Below are positions 57,230 to 64,000 of a stretch of 64,000 nt of DNA, piece by piece. Below the pieces are notes generated by a model that was given only the letters and a program-made list of their open reading frames with translations, ran no database searches and was not told the DNA's origin. A program made the position numbers and the translations under genes. The DNA comes from Gordius albopunctatus. Taxonomy: Eukaryota. Each line of letters starts with the position of its first letter. Position 1 is the stretch's first letter. The stretch spans positions 6,076,001-6,140,000 of the forward strand of contig OZ193910.1 in NCBI GenBank assembly GCA_964276515.1, given 5' to 3'.

Positions 57230-60200
57230 TGTGTATTATGTCTTCATCTTCCTCTTTTAGAAAAGGCCAGGATTCCAAAAAAGATTTGAAATTGAATTTT
57301 GCAATTAAGATAGCTTTTGATTGTTTCAATAAAAATGCGGGGGAATATTTGGAGGGAGGGGATCGCCTGCCTATTTCTTTGAATAAAGCCAACGCCATTT
57401 TTTCATAGGATCCTGAACAGAAGAAAACTATTGGGATAAAAATACTAGAGTCCTAAAGGGCCTTGTATTTTTGGAGCTTGCGTTCTTCAGCGAGGGCCAT
57501 GGGGTCATAATTAAGATTAAAGGGCGCAAATAGGTCTATGCATGTAAAATCCCACTTTATAAAGAAACGATTTTCCCATGGGACTAGCGAGGGACCGTCA
57601 GGACGCGTTCGACCTTCACGAGCAGGATCTAAAGGTTCAAGTATGGATGGAATTTGGGCCTTTCTAAGGGCTGACCTGATAATGGAATTGATTTTAGAGT
57701 GTCGTGAGTGTCTAAATTTATTAAGTCTACAGCTTAACAGGTGGCGCGGTTCTTCATCCACTAGCAGGTTGCAATTTTTACAGACATATGCCTTGGTGTA
57801 TTATATTCCAAGGCGTAGTGCTATAATCTAGGATAGCTCGCAATCCTCTAACATCATATTAGCGAACTTGCTAGGAAAGCCTCTTGCCATTCATGTCCAG
57901 ATTTATCAAACACCAAGGATCTAAGGTTGTAATGTTGTTTGGTATCTCAGGTAGAAAGGAGATAAGCAACGGAGCGCGAAACCAAACATGCATCCCAATC
58001 CTTTTGATTTGGTGTCTGTGGTGATGAGCTTTCTGGTAGAGCATATAAATTCCAAAGGGATAGGCCCTGTATAAATGTTTCATCGAGGGAGTATGAGATT
58101 AGTTTGGCGACGATAGATTTTGAGGATAAGTGGGTGGATATAAATGAGGCCAATGATATCGGTGAAAATTCCCAGACCCCCAGATTTTGTTGGCAATGTG
58201 GCTTGTAGCCAGGTGTTAGTATCGAATGATAAGTTGAGGGTGGATTCGATGACAGATTTTATGTGGTTTTGGAAATTATGTAGAATATGTGTATGCAAAA
58301 ATGCGCTTGTGGATCGGAAGCAAAATAATATTTTGGCAATATTAAAGTAGTTTTTCAATATGTAAAATGCGTGATGGGCGGGCATAAGCTTAAAAATTTT
58401 ATTGCGCTCCTGTTTTGTGCACATTAAGAATTTTACAATTTATTAATTTATTCGAAATTGTATTATATCGCATATTTCACAAATTAAATTTCTACTGATT
58501 TACTATATATAACATACATCTATGTTCCTGGTGGAGAAGATAACAAGGCGGGAAATTGGTTACTATCGATAGGCAATAAGAATAATCTAACCGCGATATT
58601 TCACATTATTCACGTATTTACTTTATCAATAAACGATTAATCTTTACACTTTTCAACTCGTCGCTTAATAAATAAACTATAGAAAAACACTAAAACGATT
58701 GAAGTTGAAGTTTAAAAAGATTAGAAGATTAAAAACACAGACAGTTAATTTGATTAAAGAATTACAATAAAATATTTAAATAATGATCATATATTTAATT
58801 CAGCGTTTTTTGGAATATTGTCATCTCCCGTTACTATCTTAATAATTCAAACACTTTTAAACCTATCTGTGCTATCGTAATTAATTTTCATTAAAATATA
58901 TTAAATTAGTTAATTAATTTTAATTTGTATTATTGTATTGGTTTTCATAGTACTCCTTATCCAATTTTTTACTCTTTTCTTTTCTCACTGCTTATATATA
59001 ACACTTTAATATGATAGTGAGTTATGGAAATAGAAGAATCAAGCATAAATGGAGCAAGCAAATCATACATGAAAATTTTTCCATTTCCAAAATATGCTAA
59101 TATGTTTAAACTTAGAGATAATCAGCATAATACACTTAACTTTGAGGTGCAATGTCTTTTATGCAATGCCAAACTCAAGACTTCTTCTAGATCTTGTTTC
59201 AATTTGACTAGGCATCTAAAGGTAATCTTGTTACTTATTTTTATTTAATGATTAAGTAAATATAAAATTTATAGAGATTTTGTAATAGTGCAATCAAATT
59301 GTATGTGCGGATGCGAGTGCGCGCACCTTTGTTAAAACTGGTGCGAGTGCGCGCACCAGATTTTCCTCAATGTGCGAGTGCGGCACCGGTTTTTGAAGTG
59401 CGTTTAACAACTCTGAAAAATACCTCGTTCTTCTTAAGGCGTAGAAAAGATGCATAGGATGGGTGGATGTCAGTTGTGCTGTCAGAATAAATTTTGCATT
59501 TTGTCGCGTTTAATGATAGGTTACGTTTTATGTAGTATTCATTAATGATGTTAAGACCTTTGATTAGCTCTTCCGTGGTACCTGATAGGGTGGCATCGTT
59601 GAGATACCATACGTTTAACCTCAAATTGCATTTTTCGTTGATTTCGTCTATTAATGACTTGATGGCCATTGATTTCCTGCGTGATACCCTCCAGCACTTA
59701 CATCGCCCGTTGTTTGTCCCTGAACCTTTCCCGAAAATTGTTTACCTCGTGCATAGTGAATGATGAATACAAGGTCCCAAACGGTAGACCAGCACAGTTT
59801 TATTTTACTCACCCCTGATAACTCAATGACTTCCCCTACACACGCTCAATCCGGGTCAGGAACCGACAACCCTCTGGAGCGACTTATAGCCAGAATCGCT
59901 AAAATACAGGAATCGACAGTCGCCGCACTAAATATGTCCAAATTTTAGATGGGGTGACATAACTTAAAAGAATATAGTTGGCATATTGAGAGGAAGCATC
60001 GATTTTACACCCCCCTTTAACACCGAATCCTAGCTGATGAGGACTTAGAGATGGGGATAAATTATGCTTGATTGATTTGCACATAACTTTAGATATGATT
60101 CTTTGGAAGACTCCACCGATGGCGATCGGTCTTAAAGTTTTGTTATGTTTTTGAATTGCAAGTAAATTGGCCCGAAAATTATTGATCGTACTTCTTGAGG

Positions 60201-60960
60201 AATGTTGCCATTAATAATAATTAAATTGCAAAATTTAGTTAGTGCAAAGAGCAGAATCGAAGAATGGATGTTTTCAATTTTAATAAGATCTTGAAGATAA
60301 ACTGGTTTGATACCATCCAAACCTGCAGCAGAGTCAATTGGGAAGGAATAAAAAGCTTCACTAATTTCTGAGGATTCTAGGGTTAAGTTGGATGGCGCAA
60401 GGGGGAAGAAATACTGTGACAAATGTTTTGGGTGTTTAGCAAGGAGGTGTTTATATGATTCCTTACTAGGGGTTACAATTGGATTGTACTCCTATAAAAG
60501 TCTCATGGCCCCTTTTATGTTATATGAATGAATTTTCCTGGATATCCTATTTGCTGTTTGTTTTGGAGTTGAAGATATTAATTTCCCTTCATCAGGCGTA
60601 TAATCTGCTAGTGTATTATTAATGTCAAAATTTCATTTTTAATTTTTTGTGATAGGTTACTTTCCTTAGATTTGGGTGGGGCCATAATGTGATAAGAGAA
60701 TTTGATTAATTTTTCCCATGCAAAGTATTTAGCAAGTTTATTAAAAATTGTTGCAAACAAGGTCGTGCTCCTCTTGGAATTCTTGAAATTGTGGGGGTGA
60801 AGCCATGTGCCAAAAAGACTTTACCCCTTGTTAAATCCATAGGCTCATCACTGTAATAAACATTATTAGGGGCGGCTGGGAATGTATTAGAGTTAGCTAT
60901 AATTTCAATATTATTATAAGATTCAATTTCTAGTGCTGTAGAAGGACATATTATATTTGA
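57230..60960 (-). mobile_element. Degenerate CRE-like non-LTR retrotransposon (RT plus restriction-like endonuclease)
   Basis: AAGLDG, RPIAIG, QLGFGVKGGC, WYLND, WLQATLP...GGLG, RHSKIN, RPDG.SLVPW, WDFTC.D, AEERK..KY motifs with many disruptions. Ends are approximate. Confidence 0.85.
58403..59415 (+). mobile_element. Deleted hAT element inserted in the CRE-like element; BED-finger exon at 59024-59221
   Basis: VQCLLC..LKTSSRSCFNLTRHLK followed by a GT donor; right terminus TTAACAACTCTG; left end missing. Confidence 0.85.
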
Positions 60961-61062
60961 GGGGGCCAGCTTACCAGATTAAGGACATTTAGCTGATAAT
61001 GGACCATGGGGGACAAAGCAATTTTTTTGTTGTTTAAGATTTAAGTGCTACTATGGGTGTAA

Positions 61063-61342
61063 GGGCTTGTCTTAATATCGGATTCAGATTCAAATGGCGC
61101 GAATTTATCTTTATCAAATATTCGATTCAATTTCATGTGTCAGACTCGGTTGTAATTATTAATATTTTGTTTTTTGATAGTTAAATCCGTTTTTTTATTT
61201 ATTTTAACTCTTGGGATTAATCGCTGTTATATTATGCGTCGGAAATGAAAATATGCTGTGAATTACAAGTTTAGACACGGCTATGTTATAACCCGTTCAA
61301 CGATTTTTGCTGAGCAGCAAAATCCGATATTAAGACAAGCCC
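61063..61342. mobile_element. PIF/Harbinger MITE
   Basis: Perfect TIR GGGCTTGTCTTAATATCGGATT; TAA TSD. Confidence 0.9.
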
Positions 61343-61899
61343 TAAGGTGACAAATAAGGATTAATAAGAATTTCAAACGTGCAAGGTTGAAATTTACAGG
61401 ATATGTGTCAATGGTTAATTGGCTATCCTGAATCCACGTAATGTTTTACCAAAGTTAATAAATTTACGATAATAACTTTGTATACTTACGACAATGGTAT
61501 GCAGCAAGCATTCTCTGTTGTGTTGTTTATTTATAATCCCATATCGCTATGCAGTCCATAAATTTACCTTCGTTGTTAATTTTGTAATAATTTCCTTTTG
61601 ATTTCTGAGATTATACCCATTTTCTCACATTTTTTACTCTGATATGAATTATTCTTCCCAACATACACATATTATGGTATTTAAAGTGATATATGTTTAA
61701 AAACTTATATGCTTAAGTATTCCCAACACACACATTTTACTATATATAAAGTCATAGTTTAAAAACTTATACGCTTAAGGTTATTTTACCAATTATGAAT
61801 AGTTTAATATGTCGTGAAAGTCTCGTGATCCTAATTTTTCTGCTATACATGTGGAAAATACATTAAAAACAATAAAAATTCAAAAAAGGTATTTTTTGG

Positions 61900-62390
61900 G
61901 GAAAAAATATAAAATCCATAAGCGGTATATATGAAAATATTTCAAATGCCATCTAAGATCAGGATAAACCATTTGCACCTCAGTTCATGTGTCTTAAGAG
62001 ATTGGGATAATCAGAAAATAAAATCCTTGAAAATAAGGGGAGCCTATGATTTGGACTGAAGTATTAAATCACCCGGCAGATTATTATTTTGTCTAGCCAA
62101 CGTATTTGAATTTACAAAAAGGCACAAAACAAAATAAATTATCCAGATGTCTCTTCCGCGAGAAGACATCAAAATAGAATACCATATAAAACTTGTGAGG
62201 ATGAGGAGCCAGCAGAAACCGACATATTTTCTATTTGTACCAATCTTAGGGATTATTTAGCCTAAAGTAATGAATGACTATATAGAGGATCTTGATTTGT
62301 TAAAAAACATGGTAGAGCTTTGTGATTAGCGTTAAGTAAAAAAAACTTTTAGAACCCGGAGTGAGAATATCGTTTAAAAATCGTAATAAA
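61900..62390 (+). pseudogene. Degenerate DNA-transposon protein fragment (superfamily not assigned)
   Basis: DQDKPFAP and PMIW.E...H..DYYFC-like motifs with frameshifts, recalled from a widespread TE-derived protein family. Confidence 0.55.
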
Positions 62391-62448
62391 ACTATAAAAT
62401 AATATCTTATTGTCTTGATTGTATCTCACGCAGACTCTCATTGCTGTA

Positions 62449-63060
62449 CAGTACACTATACTATACATGTTCCCCCCCCCCTCCCTCATCTCTCTCCCTC
62501 CTCGCTGTATGATACGTGCATTAATGCCAACACGCGTCGCAGTTTAGGTCACGCGTGAATGATCGTAATGGAGAATGCATCTTTCTTTTGTTCGCATTGG
62601 AATGAGATATTATTCGCATTTTTCTATAAAAATTATAATGAACAATATACGCGTTTCCTTCGCTCTACATATACGCATTCTATTGAGATTTTCTAATATT
62701 CTAAGATAATAAATAAATGGAATTAATTAAAGTTGGAAATTAAATTACGTTACTATTAAATTAATTACTAGTTATTCAAGCATACTCAATTATTTATTGA
62801 CCGCACTATATTTCTACTTGTCCCTTGTTCAGGTTCGATCGATTTCTGGTTCGTTCTTTCAATTGATCTTCTCGATTTGATTTCATTGTTGACCGGAAAG
62901 ATGCCATATCCAGTACAATCATTCACGGGTGACCTGAACTGGTACGCGTATAATAAAGCGAGGAGAGAGAGGGGGGGATACGCGTGTTGGCATTATTGCG
63001 CGTATCATATAGAGAGGAGGGAGAGAGATGAGGGAGGGGGGACACATATATGGTATACTG
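62449..63060. mobile_element. Tc1/mariner-type MITE
   Basis: TA|CAGTA...TACTG|TA with ~90-bp imperfect TIRs. Confidence 0.8.
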
Positions 63061-63063
63061 TAC

Positions 63064-64000
63064 TAGAGGTCTGCAGGGGCCGGGCCGGCCCGCAGGCCCA
63101 AGGCCGGCCCACGGGCTGGGCCGGACCTAAAAATGAGCACTAAAAAAAGTGCGGGCCGGGCTTGGGCTTTGATAAGTGAAAAAATTTAAATATATTAAAC
63201 TCTATACTATCATTATAGTATTGACAAAAAAAATGCATTTATTATCTTGATGATAAAAAATTTATTTTTTCGTACAAAAATTTGCTATTTAAACAGTATT
63301 ATTTTGAGTGAAAATTTAATATTATGTTTTTCGTTAATTATGTAAATTAATTGAATGGATAGAAGGTAGTGTTTGTTTTTAACTTCATTGTTTATTTTTT
63401 CCCTCGCTTTTCAAATTCTTAGATTGCTTAATATTTGTTCCAAGATCTCATTGACGTTGTTTTAAGCTTTAAGGTAATTCATTAAAAAATTTTATTTTAT
63501 AATTAATTAGTTTTAGCTACACTTCTCCTTCTTATTACAAACTTATAATATCAACATTGCTATTCTTGTTAAAACCATGGTAACACAAACTTTAAATAAA
63601 TTAATGCAAGAAGATCCTAGCTCTTCATGCATTAGTCGTCCATCTATGAGCAATTCAGCTCAGGTATGTAGGCAATTAGCTATTGGTGAAGTCGATATGG
63701 ATATCTCTGTTTAGGAGGACGATGAAAGAGAGCAGATTGAGGAGAGCAATGAATTTGATACTTATTTTAAATTAAATCTTAAACCGATAGATGATGAGCT
63801 TGATATTATTTCATGGTGGAAAGAACACGACCTTATCCTACCTAATTTGACAAAGTTAGCTGTACAGTTTTTGGCTATTCCAGCCACAAGCGCTACAAGT
63901 GAACGCACGTTTAGTAAGGCAAGTCGCCTAATAGAACAAAGAAGAATAAGACTACTACCTGATAGAATAGACAGTTTATTATTTCTAAATGACAATATTG
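63064..64000 (+). mobile_element. Deleted hAT transposon (runs off the window)
   Basis: TAGAGGTCTGCA start with GGGCCG repeats; DIISWWKEH...PNLTKLAVQFLAIPATSATSERTFSKASRLIEQRRIRL dimerisation domain at ~63800-63990. Confidence 0.9.

Overview
AT-rich eukaryotic (invertebrate-type metazoan) genomic window with many short introns. Host genes: BMS1 (+, 7266-17024), TTC17 (+, 18401-33722), Rab10 (-, 56600-48369) and a candidate two-exon ~80-aa microprotein gene (-, 37917-37620). That microprotein has an N-terminal myristoylation/palmitoylation motif and an AKAP-type amphipathic helix. The rest is dense, nested mobile DNA: Helitrons, RTE and CRE-type non-LTR retrotransposon relics, and many hAT, Harbinger and Tc1/mariner-type MITEs. 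Main finds: (1) a tail-to-tail pair of intron-containing Ginger1 (Gypsy-integrase DNA) transposons sharing CCGG target sites; (2) a near-perfect 2.35-kb palindrome of deleted Gypsy sequence in a TTC17 intron, with a possible captured gene fragment in its loop; (3) the AKAP18alpha-like microprotein; (4) a KEEL ER-retrieval end on TTC17; (5) a TIR element built from Pol III B-box repeats. Exon boundaries were read by eye from GT-AG sites and protein motifs. No database searches were run.
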